A DNA stretch of 64,000 nucleotides from a bacterium (lineage in GTDB: Bacteria; UBA8248), in the NCBI GenBank assembly GCA_965261085.1, contig OZ253442.1:3040001-3104000 (forward strand), read 5' to 3'. Position 1 is the first letter of the stretch; the number at the start of each line of letters is the position of its first letter. The notes under the pieces were generated by a model. The model ran no database searches. It saw nothing but the letters and a program-made list of their open reading frames with translations, and was not told where the DNA came from. Both the position numbers and the translations under genes were made by a program. This document shows, one piece after another, positions 8,646 to 18,499 of this stretch.

Positions 8646-10043
8646 CTACGCGGGACTCGCTTCCCGCACCGACTCCGCCAGCATGAAAGTGAGGGAGGTG
8701 AGGTCGTCGGCCGCATCGAGCCGCCACCAGGCGTCCCAGGCGGCTTGGGCTTTCTCTTCGGAAAGGCCGACGCATTCCAGGAATTTTTCCTTGAGTTCAA
8801 GCTCGGTCAAGGGGTTTTCGATGTGCCCGCGCGCGCGGGGGAAAAAGCGGGTGAGTTCGCGGCCGTCTTTCAGTTTTACCCATACCCCGGCCGCTTCGGT
8901 TTCGGGGTCTTTGCGCGCCATGTCCTCATCGAGTTCGAACGCAACGCGCTTCTGAAGAGCGGCAATCTCGGGCCGCGCGACGCTCGCCTCTTCGAACTGG
9001 CGAATGCCGACTTTCCTGTCCACGAGGGCTGAGGCCAGACAGAACGGCATGGAGAACTTTCCTTCCAAGCTCGTGGTCGCCTCCTTGTAGCGCAGGACCT
9101 TGAGCGTCATGGTCGAGGCGCGCGCGCCAAGGGCCGCCACGTCCGAGACTTCGATGTCTTCCGTGTTCACCAGATCGAGCATGGCGTCGATTCCCGGATG
9201 CGTCATGGCGCAGCAGGGGTGCAGCTTCACGCAGACGCCCTCCTCGATGTCCCAGGGATGTCCCCAGGCGCCGACCGCACTCTCCCAATCCGCGAATTCA
9301 TGCGCGGTGGGTCCGATGCTCTCCGCCGCCAGGGCCGCCGTGAAGCCTGTTTCCAGCGTATCCGCAGCCGCCGTGAAGCCGCCCTCGGCCAGCCTGGCGG
9401 CGACGAGCCCCGCCCGTGCGGACTGGCCCGCGTGAAAGGGTTTCGTCATCGTGCCGAAATTGGAAACCAGCCCGGCCGAGCCGCTTGCTCCCAGGCTCAA
9501 GGCGTTTACAGTCTGCGCCTCATCCAGACCCAATAGATACGCGCTAGCGCCCGCCACGCCGACCGAGCCGAGCGTGGCCGTGGCGTGAAAGCCCCGGCGG
9601 TAGTGCTGTGGGTTCACCGCGCGTCCCAGGACGTGTAACAACTCGAAACCGATTGTGTAGGCCTCGAGAACCCGCGCGCCCCCGATTCCCCTTTCCTCCG
9701 CCAGCGCGATGAGCGCAGGAACGAGGGTGACGCTCGGGTGACCCAGAATCACGAAATCCACGTCGTCGTAATCGAGCGCATGGCCCGCCGTGCCGTTCAC
9801 GAAGGCGGCCCAGGAGGCGCTCGTCCGCTCCGTAGCGCCGATGAGGCGTGCGACGGGAGCGCCGCCCTCAGAGACCGCCAGCCCATGCGCCAGCCGCGCG
9901 CAATCATCTCCCCTGCCCGCCAGAATCACGCCCAAAGTGTCGAGCACGGCGTTTCTCGCCTGCGCGCGGGCCGCATCGCCGATGTCTGAGGGATGAACCG
10001 CCGCGATTCTCTTCGCCAGTTCTCTGGTGGCCGGATAGGTCAT
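8646..10043 (-). CDS. MmgE/PrpD family protein
   Basis: HALDYDD..GHPS, GFHAT, NFGTMTKPFHAG, KLHPCC, KFSMPF; GGAGG RBS. Confidence 0.9.
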   Translation of the reverse strand: MTYPATRELAKRIAAVHPSDIGDAARAQARNAVLDTLGVILAGRGDDCARLAHGLAVSEGGAPVARLIGATERTSASWAAFVNGTAGHALDYDDVDFVILGHPSVTLVPALIALAEERGIGGARVLEAYTIGFELLHVLGRAVNPQHYRRGFHATATLGSVGVAGASAYLLGLDEAQTVNALSLGASGSAGLVSNFGTMTKPFHAGQSARAGLVAARLAEGGFTAAADTLETGFTAALAAESIGPTAHEFADWESAVGAWGHPWDIEEGVCVKLHPCCAMTHPGIDAMLDLVNTEDIEVSDVAALGARASTMTLKVLRYKEATTSLEGKFSMPFCLASALVDRKVGIRQFEEASVARPEIAALQKRVAFELDEDMARKDPETEAAGVWVKLKDGRELTRFFPRARGHIENPLTELELKEKFLECVGLSEEKAQAAWDAWWRLDAADDLTSLTFMLAESVREASPA

Positions 10044-10091
10044 GGAGGAACCTCCTTGCGTGCTGTTGAATCTCGGGGAGTGAATGAATCT

Positions 10092-10121
10092 AAAGGGGCG
10101 ACCCCCGGAAGGGCCGTCCCC
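10092..10121 (-). terminator. Putative intrinsic terminator after leuA
   Basis: GC-rich hairpin followed by a short T-run on the minus strand. Confidence 0.5.
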
Positions 10122-10130
10122 GATTCCATA

Positions 10131-11765
10131 TCAAATGCCGCGCGGGCGTTCGGCGGGTTCTTTCGCCTTGCGCCCCTTGCCTGCGGGTTGTCTCATGTTC
10201 TCGGTGAGCTTGAACTTGTTCACCGCGTTCACGAAGGCCTTGGCGCCCGCCTCGACGGTGTCGGGGCTCGTGGCGTGGCCGGCTATCTGCAGGTCGTCCT
10301 CGAACTCCACCAACATGTTCACCTCGGCGAGCGCGTCGCGTCCCCGGGTGACGGCGTTGGCCGAAAAATCCGCCAGGCGGCATTCGACCCCCACGACCCG
10401 GCAGATGGCGTTGATGGCCGCATCCAAGGGGCCGTTGCCCTGACTCACGTCGGAGAAACTCTCCTCGCCCTGCCGGATACGCACCGTGGCCGTGGAGGCC
10501 GGCTGCGTGCCGGTGGAGGACGTGACCTGCAGGAATTCGAGGTTGTAGTAGTTCTCCCCGCCCTCGGCGCGGTTTTGCTGCAACAGCGCAATCAAGTCCT
10601 CGTCATAAACCTCTTTTTTCTTGTCCGCCAGGTCGATGAAGCGCGGGTAGATGGCCGTGATCTCATCGCGCGACATCTTGAAGCCCAACTGCCCGTAGCG
10701 GCTCCTCAAGCCCGCGCGGCCCGAGTGCTTGCCGAGCACGAGCGTGTTCGAGGGCCTGCCCACGGACTGGGGCGTCATGATCTCATACGTTATCGCCTTC
10801 GATATCACCCCGTGCTGGTGGATGCCCGCCTCGTGCGCGAAGGCGTTCTTGCCCACCACCGCCTTGTTGGGCTGTACGGGCACGCCCGTCATGGAGGTCA
10901 GGAGCCTGCTCGTGGGGTAGATCTCGCGCGTCTTGATGCCGGATTTGTAGTTGAGCTCATCCTGGCGCGTGGAGATCGCCATCACGAACTCCTCGAGCGA
11001 GGCGTTGCCCGCCCGCTCGCCGATGCCGTTGATGGTGCATTCCACCTGCCGCACGCCGGATTCGATGGCCACGATGCTGTTCGCCACCGCGAGGCCCAGG
11101 TCGTCGTGGCAGTGCGCGCTGAAGACCACGTCGTCATAGCTCGGCACCTTTTCGAAAATGTGCTCCCAGAAACGCTTGAACTCGCTCGGGATGATGTAGC
11201 CCACCGTGTCGGGGAGGTTGATGGTGGTGGCTCCCTCCTCGATGGCGATTTTGACCGTCTCGACCAGGAAATCCCAATCCGAGCGCGTGGCGTCCTCCGC
11301 ACTCCACTCCACGTCCTCGCACAGGCTTCTCGCATGGCGCACCGAGGCGGCGATCTCTTTCAAGAGCGCCGCGCGCGTCATCTTGAGCTTGTGCTTCAGG
11401 TGAATGTCCGAGGTGGCGATGAAGGTGTGGATTCTGGGTTTTTTCGCGTGGCGCACCGCCTCCCAGCAGCGGTCGATATCCTCGCTCGCGGAGCGCGAAA
11501 GACCCGCGACGACCGTTTTCGTCACCGCCTTGGCCACGTCGCGCACCGATTCGAACTCGTCGTTCGACGCGATGGGAAAACCGGCTTCGATGACGTCCAC
11601 GCCCAGCTTTTCGAGCTGAACCGCCATCTGCACCTTTTGGAAATGGTCCATGCTGCAGCCGGGCGATTGCTCTCCGTCCCTGAGCGTGGTGTCGAAAATG
11701 CGTATTCTATTCAAGGCCCTGCCTCTGGATGGTTTCTTTCGCACCGTCGTGGCTTCTCTTGCCAT
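10131..11765 (-). CDS. leuA: 2-isopropylmalate synthase
   Basis: FDTTLRDGEQSPG, HCHDDLG, GIGERAGN, AHEAGIHQ, LGKHSG, regulatory domain GNGPLDA. Confidence 0.95.
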   Translation of the reverse strand: MAREATTVRKKPSRGRALNRIRIFDTTLRDGEQSPGCSMDHFQKVQMAVQLEKLGVDVIEAGFPIASNDEFESVRDVAKAVTKTVVAGLSRSASEDIDRCWEAVRHAKKPRIHTFIATSDIHLKHKLKMTRAALLKEIAASVRHARSLCEDVEWSAEDATRSDWDFLVETVKIAIEEGATTINLPDTVGYIIPSEFKRFWEHIFEKVPSYDDVVFSAHCHDDLGLAVANSIVAIESGVRQVECTINGIGERAGNASLEEFVMAISTRQDELNYKSGIKTREIYPTSRLLTSMTGVPVQPNKAVVGKNAFAHEAGIHQHGVISKAITYEIMTPQSVGRPSNTLVLGKHSGRAGLRSRYGQLGFKMSRDEITAIYPRFIDLADKKKEVYDEDLIALLQQNRAEGGENYYNLEFLQVTSSTGTQPASTATVRIRQGEESFSDVSQGNGPLDAAINAICRVVGVECRLADFSANAVTRGRDALAEVNMLVEFEDDLQIAGHATSPDTVEAGAKAFVNAVNKFKLTENMRQPAGKGRKAKEPAERPRGI

Positions 11766-12142
11766 GAGTTTAAGGCTCCTTAGGAATTTTTTCTTGAATG
11801 TGCGCCTTGGGCGGAGCGCCTGGTTTTAGTTGTCGGATGGGCGCTTGCGCGCAAGACGGGTGAACGCGCTGGTTTCCTAAGAAGCCAGTGGATGGCGGGG
11901 CGTCTTGAACACGCCCCAGGAACTCCTGCGATCCTGATGCCTCATCGAATCAAAACTCCATATCGCTCAATCAAGCGCGAGGCCGCATGGTTCAACGGGC
12001 GTTGCCCACGCATGTCCCCGCAAAAGCAATACCGATCTTATCCGCCAAGCGCGCGCCGAGGTCAAGTCCCTTTCTTATTTTTTTCGATTCTTCCGGAATC
12101 ACCCCCCGAATGTCCGACGCAAACGCGTATGAAACCGCAGCC

Positions 12143-12904
12143 CTATTGCGCGTACTGCCCGCCGTCCACCACGAGGGCCGAGCCCGTCATGAAGCTCGAG
12201 GCGTCGCTCGCCAGAAAGAGAATCGCACCTTTAAGTTCATCGGGCCGGCCGACGCGCCCCATCGGTATGTGGGCCCTGATCATCCTCTCTCCCGCTTCCG
12301 AGGCGAAGAATTTGCTGTTGATGTCGGTCAGGAAATATCCCGGCGCCAGGGCGTTCACGCGCACGCCCGTCTTCGCCCATTCGAGCGCGAGCGTCTTGGT
12401 GAGCTGAATCAGGCCGCCCTTGCTCGCCGAGTAGGCGGAGAGCATCTTCACGCCGATGAAGCCCGCGACGGAGGCCACGTTCACGATCGACCCACCGCCG
12501 CGCTCGATCATGCCCGGCGCCACGGCCTGGCACATCAGGAACGCGCCCCGCAGGTTCGTCTCCAGCACCTGGTTCCAGCGCTCAATCGGCAGATCGGTGG
12601 CCCAGCCCTCGCCGCTCACGCCGCTGTTGTTCACCAGAATGTCGATGGACCCCAGCGCGTCTTCGACCTCGCGCGCCGCCTCGCGGATGGAGCCGGGATC
12701 CGTCAAATCGCAGGCGACGGCGTGGGCCGTGCGGCCCAGGGCGCGAATCTCCTCCGCCGCCTCGTCGAGCTTCTCTTTTCGCCTCGCCGCCAGTGCGACG
12801 TCGGCGCCAGCTTCGGCCAGCGCATGGGCCATCGCGCGTCCGAGGCCCGTGCCCCCTCCCGTTACCAACGCCCTCTTTCCGCTTAAATCAAATAGTTGTG
12901 GCAA
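12143..12904 (-). CDS. SDR family oxidoreductase
   Basis: TGGGTGLG, NNSG, YSASKGG, VNALAPG, VDGG. Confidence 0.9.
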   Translation of the reverse strand: MPQLFDLSGKRALVTGGGTGLGRAMAHALAEAGADVALAARRKEKLDEAAEEIRALGRTAHAVACDLTDPGSIREAAREVEDALGSIDILVNNSGVSGEGWATDLPIERWNQVLETNLRGAFLMCQAVAPGMIERGGGSIVNVASVAGFIGVKMLSAYSASKGGLIQLTKTLALEWAKTGVRVNALAPGYFLTDINSKFFASEAGERMIRAHIPMGRVGRPDELKGAILFLASDASSFMTGSALVVDGGQYAQ

Positions 12905-12939
12905 TTCACTTTCCCCTGAACGTGAAGTTTCCGTAATTT

Positions 12940-13131
12940 TTGCCCACAGAATTCGTGAATAAGCTGTGGATAAGTCTGTTTGGAGGGCCTCTAAACCCCC
13001 TATTTTCCGTCACTTATTACATATTGACACTTTTTTGAGCAAATCTTTTAAGTTTAATGATATCAATAACATACACTAAATATTCGCCCCATCAGGCCTT
13101 GCGCTTTCGTTTTAAGCATTGTTTTTGCACA
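12940..13131. promoter_or_regulatory. DnaA-box cluster with AT-rich tract and IHF-like site
   Basis: TTGCCCACA-5nt-CGTGAATAA-2nt-TGTGGATAA (12940-12973); TATCAATAACATA (13061-13073); TTTTGCACA (13123-13131). Confidence 0.65.
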
Positions 13132-13182
13132 AGTTTCATGGACGAAATCCTGATTTCGCACCGAATCAAGGCCCCGGATTTT

Positions 13183-13776
13183 TCATTTTTTGCCGCCGGC
13201 ATCGCCCGATATCCCCTCCGATCCCGCCTCGTAAAAGAGCAGACACGTATCCCCGTAGCGCCTCTCGCGCACGAGCCTCGCCTCGCCCGCCTCGCTCCTT
13301 ACCGGAACGCCCCGGGGGGCCTCCATGACTAGGCTTGCGCATAGCGGCTCAGGCGTGAAGACGGCCTCGAGCACACGCAAGCGCAGCGCCTCTTCGCGCC
13401 AGGGCGGATCGGCGAAGGCCAGATCGAACTTGCGCGGAGGATCCACCCGGATCCGCCCGATCTCGTGGGTCACGTCCGCGCAGCGCACCTCGAAGCCTTC
13501 GGCCAGGCCCAAGGTTTCGGCGTTTCGCCGCATCGCCTCGCAAAGGCGCGGGTTTTTCTCCACCGCGAGAACGCCGGCCGCGCCCCGGCTGAGCGCCTCA
13601 AGCGATATCGCGCCCGAGCCCGCGCACAAATCGAGCACGTACGCGCCGGTAACCGCACCCCCCCAGATGTTGAACAGCGCCTCGCGCACGCGCTCCCCCG
13701 TGGGCCGCACATCGGCTTCTTCGGGTGACGGAATCCTCCGGCTCCTTGCCGCGCCACCGATGATTCTGAGCGACAT
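13183..13776 (-). CDS. rsmD: 16S rRNA m2G966 methyltransferase
   Basis: LRIIGG, RPT.ERVREALFN, LDLCAGSGA...EALSRGA, ADPP, RRYGDT. Confidence 0.9.
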   Translation of the reverse strand: MSLRIIGGAARSRRIPSPEEADVRPTGERVREALFNIWGGAVTGAYVLDLCAGSGAISLEALSRGAAGVLAVEKNPRLCEAMRRNAETLGLAEGFEVRCADVTHEIGRIRVDPPRKFDLAFADPPWREEALRLRVLEAVFTPEPLCASLVMEAPRGVPVRSEAGEARLVRERRYGDTCLLFYEAGSEGISGDAGGKK

Positions 13777-13784
13777 AAATAATC

Positions 13785-14693
13785 TCAGAGTCGCTCGAAG
13801 TGAGCCAGTTCGCCAAAGGCCCGGTAGCGCGCGTCAATCTCCTCGCTCGTGAGGGCGCGCATGCGGTCGTAGCTGAACGATTCCACGTTGAACGACGCCA
13901 TGACGCTGCCGAAGACGACCGCCTTGCGCATTCCCGCCTCGCTCAGATCGCCCGTGGCCGCCAGATGGCCCATGAAGCCGCCCGCGAAGCTGTCGCCCGC
14001 ACCCGTAGGGTCGCAGACCTCTTCAATCGGGAGTCCGGGAGCGGAGAACACCCCGTCCTCATGAAAGAGCAGCGCGCCGTATTCGCCCTGTTTCACCACG
14101 AGAGTCCTGGGGCCTATCTCGCGAATCCTGCGCGCGGCCCGCGCGATGTTCGCCTCGCCCGAGAGGGCGCGCGCCTCCGCGTCGTTGATGACGACCAGAT
14201 CGACCATCGAGAGGGTCTCGAGCAACGCCTCGCGCCTGCCCTCGATCCAGAAGTTCATGGTGTCGCACGCCACGAGCCGGGGCGAGTTCGCCTGTGAGAC
14301 GACGGCGGCCTGAAGCTCGGGGTCGATGTTCGCCAGAAACACGAATTCGGTGTCTTTGAAATTATCCGGCAGGTTGGGCGAGAAGCGCTCGAAGACGTTT
14401 AGCTGCGTGTCGAGCGTGTGGGCGGTGTTCAAATCGAACCCGTATTCCCCCTTCCAGCGGAACGTCTCCCCCTCGCTTCGCTCGATGCCCGAGATGTCGA
14501 TTTTGCGCTCTTTCAGGAACGCGAGCGTATCTTCGGGGAAATCCGCCCCCACGACGGCCACGAGCCGCACGTCCGTGAAATAGCTCGCCGCCACCGAGAA
14601 ATAGGTGGCCGAACCGCCCACCGCTTCCTCGCGCTCGCCGAAGGGCGTTTTCACCGAATCAATCGCCATGGAACCGACCACCAGAAGACTCAT
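13785..14693 (-). CDS. PfkB family carbohydrate/nucleoside kinase
   Basis: GGSATY, DTMNFWI, VKQGEYGA, DPTGAGDSFAGGF. Confidence 0.9.
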   Translation of the reverse strand: MSLLVVGSMAIDSVKTPFGEREEAVGGSATYFSVAASYFTDVRLVAVVGADFPEDTLAFLKERKIDISGIERSEGETFRWKGEYGFDLNTAHTLDTQLNVFERFSPNLPDNFKDTEFVFLANIDPELQAAVVSQANSPRLVACDTMNFWIEGRREALLETLSMVDLVVINDAEARALSGEANIARAARRIREIGPRTLVVKQGEYGALLFHEDGVFSAPGLPIEEVCDPTGAGDSFAGGFMGHLAATGDLSEAGMRKAVVFGSVMASFNVESFSYDRMRALTSEEIDARYRAFGELAHFERL

Positions 14694-14974
14694 CTTTCCC
14701 CCACCTTGAAATTTTGATACTGGCGGACACATGCTGCCATTTCGGCTCAGCGCCGCCTCTCCCGCCCGGGTAGACCACGCCCGAGAGGCGCGTCCGTTTC
14801 CATCTCGTTCTTTAGGACGCCAACTCTAACTTCAAAGCGCGCGCGTTTCAAAGGGGATACCCATTTCGGGGCGAAATATGTTTTAATAGCGCCAAAGTCG
14901 CGAGAAGAGACGGAAAACGCTTCCGGGAGGAGCGTTCGTAGTTTTCTCCCGTTCACAAGCAAAGGCAAAGCCTC

Positions 14975-16072
14975 ATGGATGCAAAACACCCCCTCGCCAC
15001 GCGCGAGGAGTTGGCGAATCTCGATTTCTTCACCGATCTGGCCGACCGTTACCTCGCCGTCGACGGTCTGGAAGCGCGCTGGGTGAGCTTCACCAAAAAA
15101 GAGATTCTCCCCGACAAGAAAATCGCTGAGCGGATGCACTATCTGGTCTCCTTGGCCCGTGCGGTCGAGGAGACGCTCGATTCCGCCTTCCGCTCAGGCC
15201 ACATCCCCGGCACCGCCTTTTTCGGCAGGGGAAACGAGGGCGCAAGCGTCGCCAGCGCCATGTGCCTGGAAGATCACGAATGGCTCGTGCCCATGCACCG
15301 AAACTGCGGCGCGCACCTCGCCAAGGGCCATCCGCTCAAGAGCATCATGTCGCATTTCTTCGGACGCGCCGACGGCCCCTCGGGCGGGCGCGACGGGAAT
15401 TTTCACATGGGCTACCGGCCCAAGCGGATCATCCAGCTCATCAGCCACATCGGCACCATGGTGCCCATCGCAACCGGCGTGGCATGGGCGGCCAAGGCGC
15501 GCGGCAAGGGCGAGGCCACCATCAACTACATCGGTGACGGCGGCACGAGCTCGGGCGATTTCCACGAGGCGGTGAACTTCGCCGCCGTGAGAAAACTCCC
15601 CCTCGTCATCGTCATCGACAACAACCAGTACGCATTCAAGACGCTTTTGAGCGACCAGTACGCATGCGACGCACTGGTGCTCAAAGCCCCCGGCTACGGG
15701 ATTCCGGGCTTTCTCATCGACGGCACGAACGCGCCCCTGGTGCGCCACGTGTGCGAGCAGGCGCTCGCGCGCGCGAGGGCGGGCGGCGGCCCCACCTTGA
15801 TCGAGAGCATCACGCTGCGCGCCGCGGGCCATTCGGTGTACGATAAATTTTCCGACTACGTGGATATGGAGCACTTTGAGAAATGGACCAACGAGCGCGA
15901 CCCCATCAAGCGGCTCGGCGAGGCGTTCATCGAGTTCGGCGTCATGACGGCGGAAGAAGTCGCCGCCTCGCACGAGAAAGCGAAACGAGACGCGGAAGAC
16001 GCGCGCGATGAGGCCCTTAAAAGCCCGATGCCGGACCCCGCGCACCTGACCGAGGGAGTGTTCGCCGAATGA
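14975..16072 (+). CDS. 2-oxoacid dehydrogenase E1 alpha subunit
   Basis: TPP motif GDGG...NNQYA, R..GHS..D, RDPI. Confidence 0.9.
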   Translation: MDAKHPLATREELANLDFFTDLADRYLAVDGLEARWVSFTKKEILPDKKIAERMHYLVSLARAVEETLDSAFRSGHIPGTAFFGRGNEGASVASAMCLEDHEWLVPMHRNCGAHLAKGHPLKSIMSHFFGRADGPSGGRDGNFHMGYRPKRIIQLISHIGTMVPIATGVAWAAKARGKGEATINYIGDGGTSSGDFHEAVNFAAVRKLPLVIVIDNNQYAFKTLLSDQYACDALVLKAPGYGIPGFLIDGTNAPLVRHVCEQALARARAGGGPTLIESITLRAAGHSVYDKFSDYVDMEHFEKWTNERDPIKRLGEAFIEFGVMTAEEVAASHEKAKRDAEDARDEALKSPMPDPAHLTEGVFAE

Positions 16073-17061
16073 TTACCTACCGCGAAGCACTGAGCGCCGC
16101 CATGTGGGAGGAGATGGAGCGCGATGAGGAAGTGTTTCTCATGGGCGAGGACATCGGCCTGGGCGGCGGGGCCTTCAACATCACTAAAGGGTTCATGGAG
16201 AAATTCGGGCGCGACCGCGTGGTGGACGTCCCCCTGAGCGAAGCAGGCTTCACGGGCGCCGCCATCGGCGCCGCCCTGTGCGGCATGCGGCCCGTGGTGG
16301 AGTTTCAGTTCGCCGATTTCGTCACCGAATCCTACAAGATGATCGTGGATTACGCGGCCGGAAACCATTACCGCCAAATGGGGCCTGTGCCCATCGTCCT
16401 GCGCCTGCCGGCGGCTGCCCTCGTGAGCGCGGGCCCGTTCCACAGCCAGAACCCCGAGATATGGTTCTTCGGAACGCCGGGCCTCAAGATCGTAGCGCCC
16501 ACGACCGCCCACGACGCCAAGGGAATGCTCAAAGAAGCGATTCGAGACCCCAACCCCGTCATCTTCATCGAGTACAAAAAATTCTATAACTACCCGGTGG
16601 CCGAGTTGCCCGAAGTCTTGAGGCCCGAAATCCCCGAAGACGACTACACCGTGCCATTCGGCGAGGCGAAAACCCTGCGCGAGGGGGATGACATCTCGCT
16701 CGTCACCTTCGGCACAACGGTGCTAGAAGCCTTGGAAGCGGCGGACGTGCTCGAGGCCGAGGGCGTGTCGGTCGAGGTCATCGACCTCAGAACCCTGGTT
16801 CCGCTCGACAAGGAAGCGATAATCGAAAGCGCCAAGAAAACGGGAAAAATCCTCTTCCTGCACGAGGCGAGAAAACGAGGGGGAGTGGGAGGCGAGTTGG
16901 CCGCCATCGTGGCGGAGGAGGTCTTTGAATATCTCGACGCCCCCATCCGCCGCCTCGGCGCGCCGGATACCCACGTACCGCTCAGCCCCCCGCTCGAGCG
17001 CGCCTACCTGCCCAGCACGGAGAAGGTGGTGAACGAATTGCGCGATCTCGCCGCGTTCTAG
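16069..17061 (+). CDS. 2-oxoacid dehydrogenase E1 beta subunit
   Basis: GEDIG..GG.F, PLSEAG, EFQFADF, GPFHSQ, IDLRTLVPLD; ATGA overlap with E1 alpha. Confidence 0.92.
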   Translation: MITYREALSAAMWEEMERDEEVFLMGEDIGLGGGAFNITKGFMEKFGRDRVVDVPLSEAGFTGAAIGAALCGMRPVVEFQFADFVTESYKMIVDYAAGNHYRQMGPVPIVLRLPAAALVSAGPFHSQNPEIWFFGTPGLKIVAPTTAHDAKGMLKEAIRDPNPVIFIEYKKFYNYPVAELPEVLRPEIPEDDYTVPFGEAKTLREGDDISLVTFGTTVLEALEAADVLEAEGVSVEVIDLRTLVPLDKEAIIESAKKTGKILFLHEARKRGGVGGELAAIVAEEVFEYLDAPIRRLGAPDTHVPLSPPLERAYLPSTEKVVNELRDLAAF

Positions 17062-17143
17062 CCCGCCGGTTCATCTGGCGCATTTCCGGATTTTCGAGTA
17101 AAACAAATTTTCGATTGCATCCAACACGCTTGAGGGAGCCTGC

Positions 17144-18418
17144 ATGTACACCGCGCGCATCAGAATGCCCCGCATGGGAACCAGCGTGCACGAGAGCACG
17201 GTGGTGGCCTGGAAAAAGGCGGTGGGCGATGCGGTGGCAAAGGGCGAGGTGCTGCTTTCGGCGGAGAGCGACAAGGTGGAATTCGAGGTCGAGGCTCCCG
17301 CCGACGGTGTGATAACGGAAATCCTCACCGAAGCGGAACAGACGGTGCCCGTGGGCGAAGTGCTGGCGACCATGGAGACCGAAACCGAGGTCGCCGATGA
17401 GACGCCCGTCCAAGACACGGGCGCAAGCGACGATTGGGCCGCCCCGGTCGCACCGTTGCAGCCGAGGGAGAAACCCGTAATACCGCCACCTCAGGCGCGA
17501 AAAGCCCCCCTCCCCTCGGACAAGAAAACGTGGCTCTCTCCCCGCGTTCAGAACCTCGCCGCCGCGCATGGGGTCGGCCTGGACGTACTTGCGGGAATCG
17601 AGGGCACGGGAGCGGGCGGGCGCGTCCGCGCGCGCGACGTGGAGGCGTTCATCGCGGGAGGCGGCATACCGCCCAGAATAGAGATGTCCTCGGAGCCGCT
17701 CAGCGAGAACCGGGATGAGCGCGCCGAGCCCCTCAGCAGGATCAGGAAGCGAATCGCCGAAAACCTCACCCGTTCGGTGCGCGAAATTCCCCAGGTCACC
17801 AGTTGGCTCGATGTGGACATGGGAGGTGCGTCGGCCTTTCGGGACGCGAACAAACAAGCGTTTTACGATAAACACGGCTGCCGCCTCACTTACACGCCTT
17901 TTTTCATCATGGCTATCGTCCATGCGCTCAGAAACGCCGATAACGAACGCTTCAGCGCCACGTTCGCAGACGACGCCCTCACCATCAAGCGCTTCCTGAA
18001 TCTGGGGGTCGCCGTTGACTCACCGGGCGGCCTCGTGGTTCCCGTGCTCAAATCGGCGGATTCCATGAACCTGGTGGAACTCTCCGCCCGGCTCGTGGAT
18101 CTGGCCGCCCGCGCGCGGGAGGGCGCGCTCACGCCCGACGACGCGCAGGGCGGGACGCTCACGCTCACGAATTTCGGGGCTTCGGGCGCCCTGGGCGGCA
18201 ACCCCATCATCAACCCGCCCGAGGTGGCCATCATCGGCACGGGCGCTATCGCACCGCGCCCCGTGGCGCTCGCAAACGGCGCGACCTCGGTGCGGCCCAT
18301 GATGACTCTGGCGATAACCTTCGATCACCGCGTGAACGACGGCATGGCGGCGGGCAGGTATATTTCCGATATCCGCGCGGCGCTCGAGAATATGAATTTA
18401 TCCCTTTTGGAGTATTGA
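17144..18418 (+). CDS. Dihydrolipoamide acyltransferase E2
   Basis: Lipoyl ESDKV, E3-binding GTGAGGRV, catalytic FDHRVNDG. Confidence 0.92.
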   Translation: MYTARIRMPRMGTSVHESTVVAWKKAVGDAVAKGEVLLSAESDKVEFEVEAPADGVITEILTEAEQTVPVGEVLATMETETEVADETPVQDTGASDDWAAPVAPLQPREKPVIPPPQARKAPLPSDKKTWLSPRVQNLAAAHGVGLDVLAGIEGTGAGGRVRARDVEAFIAGGGIPPRIEMSSEPLSENRDERAEPLSRIRKRIAENLTRSVREIPQVTSWLDVDMGGASAFRDANKQAFYDKHGCRLTYTPFFIMAIVHALRNADNERFSATFADDALTIKRFLNLGVAVDSPGGLVVPVLKSADSMNLVELSARLVDLAARAREGALTPDDAQGGTLTLTNFGASGALGGNPIINPPEVAIIGTGAIAPRPVALANGATSVRPMMTLAITFDHRVNDGMAAGRYISDIRAALENMNLSLLEY

Positions 18419-18499
18419 ATACTGGAATCCCGTAGCCGGAGCCTGCGTTCCCTTGCGTCCGGCGAGCGGCCACACGACTACAAGGAGTATGAAAATATC

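Noticed and set aside
9993-11783. 596-aa plus-strand ORF and similar long antisense ORFs (e.g. 49108-50574, 56969-58420, 48000-49262)
   Set aside because: Shadow ORFs opposite well-supported genes in GC-rich DNA.
11877-11945. Leucine attenuator leader upstream of leuA
   Set aside because: The short ORF MRHQDRRSSWGVFKTPRHPLAS has only one Leu codon, and no clear terminator/antiterminator was found.
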